Of a stretch of 40,080 bases of DNA, positions 17,501-29,169 are shown one piece after another. Every line of letters begins with the position of its first letter. The stretch's first letter is position 1. This stretch comes from Gemmatimonadota bacterium (GTDB taxonomy: Bacteria > Latescibacterota > UBA2968 > UBA8231), in the NCBI GenBank assembly GCA_002725915.1, contig PBRM01000137.1, positions 1 to 40,080 of the forward strand, written 5' to 3'. A program made the translations under genes and the position numbers. The notes under the pieces were generated by a model, which was given only the letters and a program-made list of their open reading frames with translations, was not told the origin of the DNA and ran no database searches.

Positions 17501-18958
17501 ATGTCAGAAGATACTCACGAGCACTGGGCTCGATGCCTGTTAAACATAGAGAGGCGCGTGCGCCCTCAGAGCTTTGACACCTGGTTCCGACCTACCAAAG
17601 TAGGGCGCTTCGACACCGACTTGCTGGAGATCGAGGTCTCCAGTTCCTACTTCGCAGAATGGGTGGAGAGCAATTACCTGGGTTTGATTAAGAAAGCAGT
17701 CCAGGAGGAGACGGGGCTGACCCCCAGAGTCGTCTTCTCCGTGAGCGGAACCGACGAAACCGTTGCCGCTGCCTCCGTCTCCCAAACCCCAGACCGCGCG
17801 ACACCCCCTATAAAAGCATCGGCTGCGTCCCACTCCTCAGAGCCCTTAGAGCAGAAGACAGTACACAGCGACGGGTCCTTTTCCCGGGAACTCGCTGCTG
17901 AGACCTGGTCAAACCGCTTGTTTTTCACCCCGCTGAACGAGCGTTACTGTTTCGAGACGTTTGTCGTCGGCAAGGGAAACCGCTTTGCCCACGCCGCCGC
18001 CCAAGCGGTGTCCCGGTCGCCAAGCAAGACCCAGTTCAACCCGCTGGTCATCTACGGAGGTGTTGGCCTGGGGAAGACCCACCTGTTGCAGGCCATTGGC
18101 CACTATGCCCTCATTGAGGACTCGAGCCTGCGAGTGGCCTATGTGCCGTCCGAGAAGTTCATGAACGACTTCATTGAGTCCCTGAAGGTGCAGAATACGG
18201 AGGAATTTCAGCGCTCATACCGCAGCGCCGACTTGCTGCTGGTCGATGATATCCAGTTTCTCCTGCGGGGTGAACAAACGCAGGGCGAGTTCTTCCACAC
18301 CTTCAACGCCCTGCATCAGAACAGCAAGCAGATCGTCATGACCTGCGACAGCCCACCCGGTGAGCTGGAGGGTCTTGAAGAACGCCTCATCTCCAGGTTT
18401 CAGTGGGGTCTGGTGACCAGTATCGAACCTCCGGACCTCGAAACGCGAATCGCCATCTTGCATCAGAAGGCAGAGATCAACGGCATCAACCTGGGCGAGG
18501 ATGTCGCGACTTTTCTCGGCAGTTACATCAGCTCCAACGTCCGCGAACTCGAGGGCGCTCTCAATCATATTATGGCATACTGCGCCGTCAACCAGGTTGA
18601 ACTCAGCGTGGGAGCAGCTCGCACGATCGTCCACGAGCGCATGAGCGTGCACTCGGAGGAACTCAGCATAGAGGGTATTCAGAAAGCGGTCGCCGCACAC
18701 TTCAATCTGTCACAGGAGCTCCTTATCGGCAAGACCCGGAAGCAGGAGGTCGCCTCGCCCCGACAGATCGCTATGTTCCTGGCCAAGCGGCTGACCAAGA
18801 ACCCCCTCAAAGTAATTGGCCTGCGCTTCGGAAACCGCGACCACAGTACCGTCATTCACGCAGTCCAGACCGTTGGCAAGAAATGTGACAGTGACGACGC
18901 TTTTGCGCGTGTCGTAGAGTCTCTATCCGAAAGCATCGAGCAGCAGCACACCATCTGA
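17501..18958 (+). CDS. dnaA: Chromosomal replication initiator protein DnaA
   Basis: Domain I (WARCLLNIE...FDTWF), AAA+ Walker A GGVGLGKTHLL, and C-terminal DNA-binding domain (RQIAMFLAKRLT...IGLRFGNRDHSTVIHA). Confidence 0.97.
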   Translation: MSEDTHEHWARCLLNIERRVRPQSFDTWFRPTKVGRFDTDLLEIEVSSSYFAEWVESNYLGLIKKAVQEETGLTPRVVFSVSGTDETVAAASVSQTPDRATPPIKASAASHSSEPLEQKTVHSDGSFSRELAAETWSNRLFFTPLNERYCFETFVVGKGNRFAHAAAQAVSRSPSKTQFNPLVIYGGVGLGKTHLLQAIGHYALIEDSSLRVAYVPSEKFMNDFIESLKVQNTEEFQRSYRSADLLLVDDIQFLLRGEQTQGEFFHTFNALHQNSKQIVMTCDSPPGELEGLEERLISRFQWGLVTSIEPPDLETRIAILHQKAEINGINLGEDVATFLGSYISSNVRELEGALNHIMAYCAVNQVELSVGAARTIVHERMSVHSEELSIEGIQKAVAAHFNLSQELLIGKTRKQEVASPRQIAMFLAKRLTKNPLKVIGLRFGNRDHSTVIHAVQTVGKKCDSDDAFARVVESLSESIEQQHTI

Positions 18959-19141
18959 GCTTCTGACACGATTGTAAAGAGGGAGACGCACCTCCTCTCG
19001 TCCACATCCTACATTATTGCCGCTGATCTGCAAAACCGTTTACACGGCGCCGTTGGCCACAGCACAGGTATGGATATCGATGGCGCCTCGGCAGGACGTC
19101 TCACCAGGCCTTGGAATAGCCACGTTTCTACGAACCTGCAC

Positions 19142-19150
19142 TGTGGATTA
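19142..19150 (-). promoter_or_regulatory. DnaA box (TGTGGATTA on the + strand, one mismatch)
   Basis: Read in the sequence. Confidence 0.55.
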
Positions 19151-19163
19151 GTGCCTGCAATGA

Positions 19164-19172
19164 TGTGGATAA
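19164..19172 (-). promoter_or_regulatory. Perfect DnaA box (TGTGGATAA on the + strand)
   Basis: Read in the sequence. Confidence 0.75.
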
Positions 19173-19339
19173 GTATATGAATAAGGATCGGCGGAAGAAC
19201 CTGCGTTGACGGCGGGGGATAACTTGATGGTATCCACTTTCCATTCACCTCGTTCAGCGCTTCCGGCCCATCGGTTTATCCGGTATAAATGCTGTTTTAT
19301 AAACAACTTAGATGAGATGAGAAAGAATTATTTCTGTAG

Positions 19340-19348
19340 TTATGCACA
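19340..19348 (+). promoter_or_regulatory. DnaA box TTATGCACA (one mismatch)
   Basis: Read in the sequence. Confidence 0.55.
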
Positions 19349-19418
19349 TACCCACAGCTCTACTAGTACAAAGAGAGTAAATTAAGATAACTGTTATTTA
19401 TCCCGCCTTAGTTACAAT

Positions 19419-19427
19419 TGTGGATAA
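19419..19427 (-). promoter_or_regulatory. Perfect DnaA box (TGTGGATAA on the + strand)
   Basis: Read in the sequence. Confidence 0.75.
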
Positions 19428-19440
19428 CGACGCGAGCGGC

Positions 19441-19460
19441 ATCTGAAAATATGTTCAGAT
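19441..19460. repeat. Inverted repeat ATCTGAA-aatatg-TTCAGAT inside oriC
   Basis: 7-bp arms with a 6-nt centre, read in the sequence. Confidence 0.7.
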
Positions 19461-19474
19461 GATTCATACAATGC

Positions 19475-19555
19475 GCACTAAACGGAGGTCAGTTAATTCA
19501 TATATAAAACACGCCGTTAATCCGCACTAACGGGGGTCAGTTGATCGGATATAAG
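19475..19555. repeat. Two imperfect ~33-bp direct repeats in oriC (19475-19507 and 19524-19555), core GCACTAA(A)CGGRGGTCAGTTRAT, period 49 bp
   Basis: Aligned by eye. The 24-25 nt core has 2 mismatches and 1 indel, and the tails are more diverged. Confidence 0.75.
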
Positions 19556-19799
19556 TGAATAAAAGGTATTGTTTTTATTGAGGGTTAATATAAGTAATGT
19601 TTTTGTGGTAGAGCGTCATTAAAACGTGCGCTTAAATACCGTCTGGTCGGCTTTGGCATGTGCGCCGGGGAATTTGACAGGTTCTGTCTATATGCCTAAT
19701 TTTATTGGACTCGCATCGGAGGGCTAAAGTGGATCATGGAGGGCCCTCTCTCTTTTTTTTATGCGCTGACTGCTCCAATAAGCCTTTGTGGATTCAGAG

Positions 19800-20960
19800 A
19801 TGAAGCTGACTGTAGATCGGAGTGAGCTTTGGCGCGGTATAGATACCGTGCTTGATGCTGTAGCCTCCAAGCCTGCCCAGCCGTTGCTGTCTAATTTGCT
19901 GATTGAGGCCGAAGGCGATCGATTGACCTTATCCGCTTCGGATCTCGATCTCTCTATGCGCACCAGTGTTTCGGCAGCGGTCGCGGTACCGGGGCGCACA
20001 ACGGTTTCTGCACGCACTCTGGCAGAGATAGTCAGGGAATGGCCGGAAGCGGAACTGAGTGTTGTTATCGAAGACGGACAACTGGTGCTGTCGGGGTCTC
20101 TGGGAACTGGTGGGGGCAGTGGTGAAGGAAGGTATTCGCTGGCCGTCGCTTCGCCAGAGGGCTTCCCCGAGATTCCGGAAAGCGTCGAGGGAGTCAGTAT
20201 CCGCTTCGAAAGCGGAAGTGATCTGGATAGCCAGCTGATTCGGACGATGATCGACAAGACCAGCTTTGCCGTATCCAAGGACGAGACGCGTCCCGTTCTC
20301 AATGGCGTTTTGTGGGGCATCGGTCCGGAGGGCATGGCCATGGTGGCCACGGACGGCAGTCGTTTGGCAGAGTTCCGTCAGAGTGGAGTATTCTTCGAAG
20401 GCGGGGGCACAACGGAAGTGATTCTCCCACCCCAATTATGCAGCCAGCTGAGCAAACTTTTGGAGGGGCCCGAGGAGCTGATAAGCGCGACCCTGGGCAA
20501 TAGTAGAGTATTGTTCGATTTGGGACATACGCAGATTCTATCCCGGCTCATAGAGGGCCCATACGTAGATTACGGTCAGGTTGTGCCGAAGGGCAATGAA
20601 AACAAGTTAACCGTTGACGTAGAGCGGCTGCTTCCCGCCATGAGACGGGTCTCTATATTGTCCAGTTCGTATACACACCAGGTAAGGATGTCGCTGTCGA
20701 GAGACAACGTTGAGCTGACCGCTTCCAGCCAAGAAGTCGGCGGTGAGGCCAGAGAAATATTGCCCGCAACGTATGCTGCTGATGCGCTGGAGGTTGCATA
20801 CAATTCCCAGTTTTTTATTGACATTCTACGAAAGCTGGAATCTGGGGAAGCCGAGATGGAGCTAAAGGACACGGCGACGGCAGCCATAGTGCGACCGGCT
20901 CAACAGAGTGAGGGACAGGAGCTGTATTATTTGCTCATGCCCATGCGGCCAGGCGGATAA
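19800..20960 (+). CDS. dnaN: DNA polymerase III beta sliding clamp
   Basis: MKLTVDRSEL... with a three-domain clamp length and C-terminal ...YLLMPMR. ATG at 19800 is preferred over the GTG at 19788. Confidence 0.95.
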   Translation: MKLTVDRSELWRGIDTVLDAVASKPAQPLLSNLLIEAEGDRLTLSASDLDLSMRTSVSAAVAVPGRTTVSARTLAEIVREWPEAELSVVIEDGQLVLSGSLGTGGGSGEGRYSLAVASPEGFPEIPESVEGVSIRFESGSDLDSQLIRTMIDKTSFAVSKDETRPVLNGVLWGIGPEGMAMVATDGSRLAEFRQSGVFFEGGGTTEVILPPQLCSQLSKLLEGPEELISATLGNSRVLFDLGHTQILSRLIEGPYVDYGQVVPKGNENKLTVDVERLLPAMRRVSILSSSYTHQVRMSLSRDNVELTASSQEVGGEAREILPATYAADALEVAYNSQFFIDILRKLESGEAEMELKDTATAAIVRPAQQSEGQELYYLLMPMRPGG

Positions 20961-20992
20961 GCTTCCGAACCTGAGGATGAGGTGAACCGCCG

Positions 20993-22090
20993 GTGAGGAT
21001 CGGCGAGTTAACGCTGAAGCCGTTTCGCAACCTCCAGGATCTGCACGTCGACTTCGAGTCAGACAGGGAGTTGATCCTTGGAGGCAATGGCCGGGGAAAA
21101 AGCAATCTTCTGGAGGCGATCTCCTACCTGTCGATCGGCAAGTCGATTCGTGGAGCGAGAGACCGGGAGGCTGTGCCGCACGGAGGCAAATACTTCGATA
21201 TATCCGCCAGGTGGCATGACGGTACTCGAGATCGACAGTTGAGAGTTTTCTACGGTCAGGAGGAGGGCAAACAGGTTTTCCTGGACGGAGCGGCGCTGTC
21301 GAGGGTGTCTGATGTCCTGAGTCTTTTTCAGTCGGTTCACTTTTCTCCAGAAGATGTCACCCTGGTGCTCCGATTTGCCGCACAAAGGCGACGCCTGCTG
21401 GATATTCTGATCTGCCAAGCAGAGTCGCAGTATCTTCACGCCCTTCAACGCTATCAACGAATTCTGACACAGAGGAATAGGTGCCTGCGCGGCTGGCGGG
21501 CGACGCCGGGACCGGACGAGCTGATCGGGTGGGACGTCCAGTTGTGCCGACTCGGAGGGGCCATACGCCACAGGCGAATGCGGGGCCTCATTCAACTGGA
21601 GCCGGATTTGACGCGGTTTTACCGGCGCATTTCCACGGCACAGGAGGAGGTTGGCGTGGTCTACCGGGGGCAAGTTGTGTCGGAATTGGACGACGCAGGG
21701 CTGCTATCAGCAGAGGTGATGGCGGAGGAAATGACGACAGAGCTTGCCGAATACAGAGACCGCGAGAGGCATGCGGGGCACACCCTTTGTGGCCCGCACA
21801 GAGATGCGTTGACGTTTACCTTAGACGGTGTGGGGGCCGATTCGTATGGCTCTCAGGGACAGCTGAAGGGCATTCTGGTGGCCTGGAAAATGGCCGAAGT
21901 GCGATTCCTCGAGGGGTGTTCGGGTCAGCGGCCGGTGCTGCTGCTGGACGATGTTTTTTCGGAGCTCGACGAGGTGCGCAGCGCCGAGCTAGTAGCGCTG
22001 GTGGAAGATTTCGATCAGGTATTGCTGACCGCCCCTCGCCTACCCGGCGAGGGAATCTGTGATCGCTTTTCTCAACTGAGAATGGCATGA
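20993..22090 (+). CDS. recF: DNA replication and repair protein RecF
   Basis: Walker A GGNGRGKSNLLEAI, signature SQGQ, Walker B LLLDDVFSELD. Canonical position after dnaN. Confidence 0.93.
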   Translation: MRIGELTLKPFRNLQDLHVDFESDRELILGGNGRGKSNLLEAISYLSIGKSIRGARDREAVPHGGKYFDISARWHDGTRDRQLRVFYGQEEGKQVFLDGAALSRVSDVLSLFQSVHFSPEDVTLVLRFAAQRRRLLDILICQAESQYLHALQRYQRILTQRNRCLRGWRATPGPDELIGWDVQLCRLGGAIRHRRMRGLIQLEPDLTRFYRRISTAQEEVGVVYRGQVVSELDDAGLLSAEVMAEEMTTELAEYRDRERHAGHTLCGPHRDALTFTLDGVGADSYGSQGQLKGILVAWKMAEVRFLEGCSGQRPVLLLDDVFSELDEVRSAELVALVEDFDQVLLTAPRLPGEGICDRFSQLRMA

Positions 22091-22458
22091 GGGTTAGCGG
22101 CGACCGAACTAGGAGGCGGCTCAAATCGAAGGCCGCGTCGGCTGAGCCGTTGGCCATCGGTGGCCTTCTCAACGGAGTGCTCTCGGAGCTGGGTCTGACA
22201 GAAAAGCTGAGGGAGTGTCGTGCTCTGCAGGCTTGGGAAGAAGCCGCTGGCCCAGCAGTAGCGGCTCGAGCTCGGCCGCTGAGGATTCGCCGGGGCAGGC
22301 TCGAACTGGCGGTGCCGTCGGCGGTCTGGCGCACCCAGCTGTCTTTTGCCAGGGCAGACCTGATTCGCCGCGTCAACGAGCTGGCGGGCGAATCCGTAGT
22401 TCGGGAGATCGTCATCCTAAACCAACCTGTCGAAAAGGGATTGTGCCTGGGTACCTAA
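22087..22458 (+). CDS. DUF721 domain protein (DciA-like candidate helicase-loading factor)
   Basis: 123 aa. The ATG overlaps the recF stop (ATGA). The layout ...LQAWEEAAGPAVAARARPLRIRRGRLELAVPSAVWRTQLSFARADLIRRVNE... matches DUF721, which typically sits between recF and gyrB. Confidence 0.7.
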   Translation: MRVSGDRTRRRLKSKAASAEPLAIGGLLNGVLSELGLTEKLRECRALQAWEEAAGPAVAARARPLRIRRGRLELAVPSAVWRTQLSFARADLIRRVNELAGESVVREIVILNQPVEKGLCLGT

Positions 22459-22475
22459 AGGGAGACGACTTGTAA

Positions 22476-24566
<2,091 letters not shown>

Positions 24567-24633
24567 TGGGACCACCACCAAGCGGTCGGCCGGTCTGGGG
24601 ACCGTCAAGAGCAAATAAGGACTGAGAGGGCAG

Positions 24634-27186
24634 ATGCTGGAAGAGAACGACCACCCGCGCGTCACTCCGGTACAGGTGGAAGAGGAGCTCAAGACCTCCT
24701 TCATCGATTACTCGATGAGTGTCAACTTGGCGAGGGCGATTCCGGACGTGCGGGACGGGCTCAAGCCCTCGCAGCGGCGAATCCTGGTGGCCATGAACGA
24801 CCTGAACCTAGCCCCGGGCCGGGGCTTCAGGAAGTGCGCCAAGATCGCCGGTGACACGTCTGGAAACTATCATCCCCACGGCGAGGCGATCGTCTACCCC
24901 ACGCTCGTGCACATGGCGCAGGATTTCCGCTTGCGCTATCCGCTCGTTGACGGGCAGGGGAATTACGGCTCCATCGACGGCTATCCCCCGGCGGCGATGC
25001 GCTACACCGAGGCGAGGATGAGCAATGCCACGGTAGAGATGCTGGCTGAGCTCGACCGGGACACGGTCGACTACATCGACAACTACGACGAGACGCGCCA
25101 GGAACCGAGCGTCCTGCCGTCTCGATTCCCCAACCTCCTGTGCAACGGCTCGGTCGGCATCGGCGTGGGCATGGCGACCCGAATCCCGCCCCACAACGTC
25201 GGAGAAGTGGCGGACGCGCTCACGGCGTATATCGACAACCCTGAGATCGGCATCGGCGAGCTCATGGAGCACGTCAAGGCCCCCGACTTTCCCACCGGCG
25301 GCATTGTGTACGGGGTTCAGGGGGTGCGCCAGGCGTACTTGTCCGGTCATGGCATGGTACAGATCCGTGCCCGCACCCATATGGAAACGCGCAAAGACAA
25401 GCGCGAGGACATTGTGGTTACGGAGATTCCCTACCTGGTGGACAAGTCGGTTCTGCTGGTGAAGATGGCCGATCTGGTGCGCAACAAAACCGTCGAGGGG
25501 ATCACTAACATTCGGGACGAGTCGGGGCGAGGCGGCTTGCGCATCGTCATCGAGCTGAGGCGCGACGCCCATTCGGAGGTGGTGCTCAATCAGCTCTTCA
25601 GCCACAGTATGCTGCAGACGACCTTCGGGGTCATGCTGCTGGCGGTCGTCAAGGGTCGGCCAGAGGTGCTCAACCTGAAGCAGATGCTGGAGTCCTACGT
25701 CGAGCATCGGCACGAGGTGGTGCTGCGGCGCACCCGCTTCGATCTGAATAAGGCCGAGGCCAGGGCCCACATCCTGGCTGGCCTGCGCATCGCGTTGGAC
25801 CATATCGACGAGGTGATCCAGCTGATTCGCTCTTCGGCGAACCCCGAAGAGGCGCGGGTCCGGGTCATGGCGCAGTTCGAGCTCAGCGAGATTCAGGCAC
25901 AGGCCATCCTCAGCATGCCGCTGCAGCGGCTCACCGGGCTGGAGCGCGACAAGATCGAAGAGGAGTACCAGGAGCTTCAGAACACGATTCAACGACTGAA
26001 AGAGATTCTGGACAGCCGCGACGAACAGATGCTGATCCTCAAGGAGGAAATCGCCGACATCAAGGAACGCTTCGGCGATGAGCGTCGCAGCGAAATCGTC
26101 TACCAGGCGGACGAATTCCTAATTGAAGACCTCATCGCTCGCGAGGACATGGTGGTCACCATCTCCAACGACGGGTACATCAAACGCATGTCCCCAGGGG
26201 CTTACCGGGTGCAGCAGCGCGGTGGACGGGGAGTGACGGGAATGAAGACAAAGGGGGAGGACTTCGTCGAACACCTCTTCATCGCCTCCACCCACTCTTA
26301 CATCCTCTTCCTGACCTCCAATGGCCAGTGTTACTGGCTCAAGGTGTATCGCATCCCGGAGGGTGAGAGGGCCGCGCGGGGACGCCCGGTTGTCAACCTG
26401 CTCCAGATGGGCACCGATGACGAGGTGTCAGCCGTGGTGTCGGTGCAGGACTTCTCCGACAGCCGCTACCTCTTCACGGCCACCCGCAAGGGGATTGTCA
26501 AGAAGACGGTGCTGTCAGCCTATGGCAACATCCGCCGCGACGGCATTATCGCCCTCAAGATACAGGACGACGACAGCCTCATTGGCGCCGCCATCACCGA
26601 GGGCGAGCACGATATTCTGCTGGTCACCCGCAAGGGCATGGCGGTACGCTTCTCGGAGGCGGATGTGCGCTCCATGGGTAGAGTGTCGACCGGGGTCAAG
26701 GGAATCGGTCTGCAGGCAGATGACGAGGTCGTCGATATGGTCGTGTCGGCAGCCGACGAGACCGAGAGAGCCAGTCTGCTGACCATCTGCCAGAACGGTT
26801 ACGGCAAGCGCACGGGCGATGACGAGTACCCTCGTATTCGCCGCGGCGGCAGGGGGGTCATAGACATCAAGACGACCGAGCGCAACGGCAACGTCGTGGC
26901 TTGCAAGCAGGTCTTGGACGAGGACGAGGTCATGGTGGTGACGCAAAATGGGATAATGATTCGCACGAGTGTCGGGGGCATCTCCCGGATCGGGCGCAAT
27001 ACGCAGGGCGTGAGGGTTATCAACCTGGACCAGGACGATCAGGTCATCGACATGACCAGGGTGGCCCAGAGCTCGCAGGAGGAAGTCGATGGTCCAGCGG
27101 ACAACGCTGACGGTTCACCGACGGACGGCTCATCGACAGACAGCGGCAATGGCCGAGAGGATGGTGGCGACCCCGAGCAGGCTTGA
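24634..27186 (+). CDS. gyrA: DNA gyrase subunit A
   Basis: DGLKPSQRRIL, AAMRYTEARM (active-site Tyr region), C-terminal beta-pinwheel repeats and an acidic tail. Confidence 0.97.
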   Translation: MLEENDHPRVTPVQVEEELKTSFIDYSMSVNLARAIPDVRDGLKPSQRRILVAMNDLNLAPGRGFRKCAKIAGDTSGNYHPHGEAIVYPTLVHMAQDFRLRYPLVDGQGNYGSIDGYPPAAMRYTEARMSNATVEMLAELDRDTVDYIDNYDETRQEPSVLPSRFPNLLCNGSVGIGVGMATRIPPHNVGEVADALTAYIDNPEIGIGELMEHVKAPDFPTGGIVYGVQGVRQAYLSGHGMVQIRARTHMETRKDKREDIVVTEIPYLVDKSVLLVKMADLVRNKTVEGITNIRDESGRGGLRIVIELRRDAHSEVVLNQLFSHSMLQTTFGVMLLAVVKGRPEVLNLKQMLESYVEHRHEVVLRRTRFDLNKAEARAHILAGLRIALDHIDEVIQLIRSSANPEEARVRVMAQFELSEIQAQAILSMPLQRLTGLERDKIEEEYQELQNTIQRLKEILDSRDEQMLILKEEIADIKERFGDERRSEIVYQADEFLIEDLIAREDMVVTISNDGYIKRMSPGAYRVQQRGGRGVTGMKTKGEDFVEHLFIASTHSYILFLTSNGQCYWLKVYRIPEGERAARGRPVVNLLQMGTDDEVSAVVSVQDFSDSRYLFTATRKGIVKKTVLSAYGNIRRDGIIALKIQDDDSLIGAAITEGEHDILLVTRKGMAVRFSEADVRSMGRVSTGVKGIGLQADDEVVDMVVSAADETERASLLTICQNGYGKRTGDDEYPRIRRGGRGVIDIKTTERNGNVVACKQVLDEDEVMVVTQNGIMIRTSVGGISRIGRNTQGVRVINLDQDDQVIDMTRVAQSSQEEVDGPADNADGSPTDGSSTDSGNGREDGGDPEQA

Positions 27187-27316
27187 CCCACGCCCGTGCT
27201 GAACGGACGGCCCTTTATTTTTTCGCCTTATTGTGAAACGCCACGGTGCGGGAGAAGGTTGACGTTGAGGGGGCGGGAAACCTATATTATTGGCCTGGAC
27301 CGGGTTGGAAGAAGCC

Positions 27317-27403
27317 GGAGGGCTAGTCCTAATTGGTAAGGCAGCGGTCTTGAAAACCGCCGGGTTAACACCCTTGAGGGTTCGAGTCCCTCGCCCTCCG
27401 CCA
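27317..27403 (+). tRNA. tRNA-Ser (anticodon UGA), type II with long variable arm, CCA encoded
   Basis: Folded by hand. Acceptor GGAGGGC/GCCCTCC, 3-bp D stem, anticodon stem GCGGT/ACCGC with loop CTTGAAA, variable stem GGGT/ACCC, T arm GAGGG-TTCGAGT-CCCTC. Confidence 0.88.
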
Positions 27404-27477
27404 TACAACAGGGACGGTGCGCATTCGCGGCGCCTGGTGCAAGGACAACTGGAGAAGCGTGTTGTGAGTGAGAGAGT

Positions 27478-27570
<93 letters not shown>

Positions 27571-27578
27571 CGTTATAC

Positions 27579-27652
27579 TGCCCCCTCGTTCAATGGTAGG
27601 ACACATGACTCTGGATCATGTTATCGGGGTTCGAATCCCTGGGGGGCAGCCA
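27579..27652 (+). tRNA. tRNA-Gln (anticodon CUG), CCA encoded
   Basis: Acceptor TGCCCCC/GGGGGCA (the U1-A72 pair is typical of bacterial tRNA-Gln), D stem GTTC/GGAC, anticodon stem CATGA/TCATG with loop CTCTGGA, T arm CGGGG-TTCGAAT-CCCTG. Confidence 0.88.
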
Positions 27653-27693
27653 TAAACCTAATGCCTATTGCCACAGTAGGTTGCGGCTGACCA

Positions 27694-27717
27694 AGCCCGT
27701 CTTTCGGCGGGCTTTTT
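27694..27717 (+). terminator. Rho-independent terminator after the tRNA cluster
   Basis: AGCCCG-tctttcgg-CGGGCT hairpin followed by TTTTT. Confidence 0.65.
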
Positions 27718-28050
27718 CAGTTCTGGCGGCCACCTCATGACCCGATGACCTGTGGCTGTACCGCAGCGTTGTCGTCAGATCGTGGTGGCCACCCACTCCT
27801 TAACTGGTGCGGCCTCCTTGTCGGTGAGCCCTCGACACCGGAATCGCTCCACTCGAGTTCCGTGAGGAACGTCTCGACCTCCGCGCAGGTGACTCTCTCC
27901 GGCACCTGAGAATGTTGACAGTAGGAGGGGATCTCGATATCGTAGGGCCACCTCAGCCTCCGAGAACCCGATGGGGCGTGTTGCATGTGCCCGTAGGCCC
28001 TGCGCTCTACCCTTCATACTCAACGATCAGGTCACCCCCTTCAGGCGCCC

Positions 28051-29169
28051 GTGAACACTTCTCTCAAAGATCGGGTCACGGCCTGGGCATTCATGGCTCC
28101 TGCTCTGGTCGTGCTGGGGGTCTTTGGTTTCTTCCCCATCGGCTATGCGTTTTTCGTCAGTCTTCACCGCTGGAGAGTGAAGAGGGGCGCCTTTGTTGGC
28201 TTCGAGCACTACAATCGGGCCCTGGGCGATCCGCTTTATGTCGCTCTTTTCGTCCTCGGTTTAGCGTTCTTTTTGGGCGTCCGGCACTGGGTCACCGGAC
28301 AGTCGCTGTGGCTTCGCGTCGTCCGCAGGGGGCTGGAGGCCGCAACCCTGATCGCGGCGGGTGCGGGCTTGCTCGGCGTCGTCGGCAGCGGCGACCCACG
28401 CCTCTTCAACGCCTTCAAGGTCACCGCCTTCTACGCCGTGTGTGCGATCCCCGCGGAAGTGGCCATATCCATGGTCCTCGCCTACCTGCTGTTCAAAGCG
28501 CTTTCGGCGAAGGGTTTTTTCCGCGTGCTCTTCTTCCTGCCCTACGTAACACCCATGATCGCCACGGCGGTAGCCTTTCGAATCATCTTCAGCCCCCATC
28601 CGTTTTCTCTGGCCAATCAGATCGGTGGGGCGTTCGGGCTGCAGACCATGGGCTGGCTCTTCGAGAGCCGCTCCGTGGTGTCCCTGGCCCTGCAGGCTCT
28701 GGACATCACTCAGTACCCGGGCTGGGTGGACGCGGCCTTTCCGAGCATGGCCCTGATCTCGGTCGTGCTCTACAACATCTGGGTCTATATCGGTTACGAC
28801 ACCGTCATTCTGCTGGCGGGGTTTAGCGCCATTCCCCCGCACTACTACGAGGCAGCAGCCATCGACGGAGCCACGGCTGCCCAGGCCTTCAGGCACATTA
28901 CCCTTCCCCTCATCTCGCCCGCTCTGTTCTTCATCAGCCTGATAGCAGTCATCGGTACCTTCAGGGCCTTCAATCACATCTACATCATGCGCACCCCCGG
29001 GGCACGGGACACTGTCGACGTGGTCAGTGTCGCCATTTTCGACCAGATCATCCTCTCCCACAACCTTGCGTACGCAGCCGCGCTCTCACTCATCCTCTTC
29101 GTCGTCATTCTCGGCCTAACCTTCGTCCAGAACAGGGTCCTGGGCCGCAGAGTGTTTTATGGTGACTGA
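28051..29169 (+). CDS. Carbohydrate ABC transporter permease (MalF/UgpA-like)
   Basis: Multi-pass membrane protein with an EAA-type loop (YYEAAAIDGATAAQAFRHITLPLISPAL). GTG start. Confidence 0.85.
   Translation: MNTSLKDRVTAWAFMAPALVVLGVFGFFPIGYAFFVSLHRWRVKRGAFVGFEHYNRALGDPLYVALFVLGLAFFLGVRHWVTGQSLWLRVVRRGLEAATLIAAGAGLLGVVGSGDPRLFNAFKVTAFYAVCAIPAEVAISMVLAYLLFKALSAKGFFRVLFFLPYVTPMIATAVAFRIIFSPHPFSLANQIGGAFGLQTMGWLFESRSVVSLALQALDITQYPGWVDAAFPSMALISVVLYNIWVYIGYDTVILLAGFSAIPPHYYEAAAIDGATAAQAFRHITLPLISPALFFISLIAVIGTFRAFNHIYIMRTPGARDTVDVVSVAIFDQIILSHNLAYAAALSLILFVVILGLTFVQNRVLGRRVFYGD

Larger units (their letters stand above)
19140..19720. other. Predicted chromosomal origin oriC (dnaA-dnaN spacer): DnaA boxes plus a strongly AT-rich unwinding region
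   Basis: The 840-bp spacer between dnaA and dnaN has the sharpest AT-rich drop in the window (about 19260-19620). It carries two perfect and two 1-mismatch DnaA boxes plus several weaker ones. Confidence 0.8.

Noticed and set aside
27735-28023. Two overlapping short minus-strand ORFs after the tRNA cluster, considered as a toxin-antitoxin (HicA/HicB-like) or integrase remnant
   Set aside because: I could not align either frame to any family motif in the correct order. There is not enough evidence to call a gene or pseudogene.
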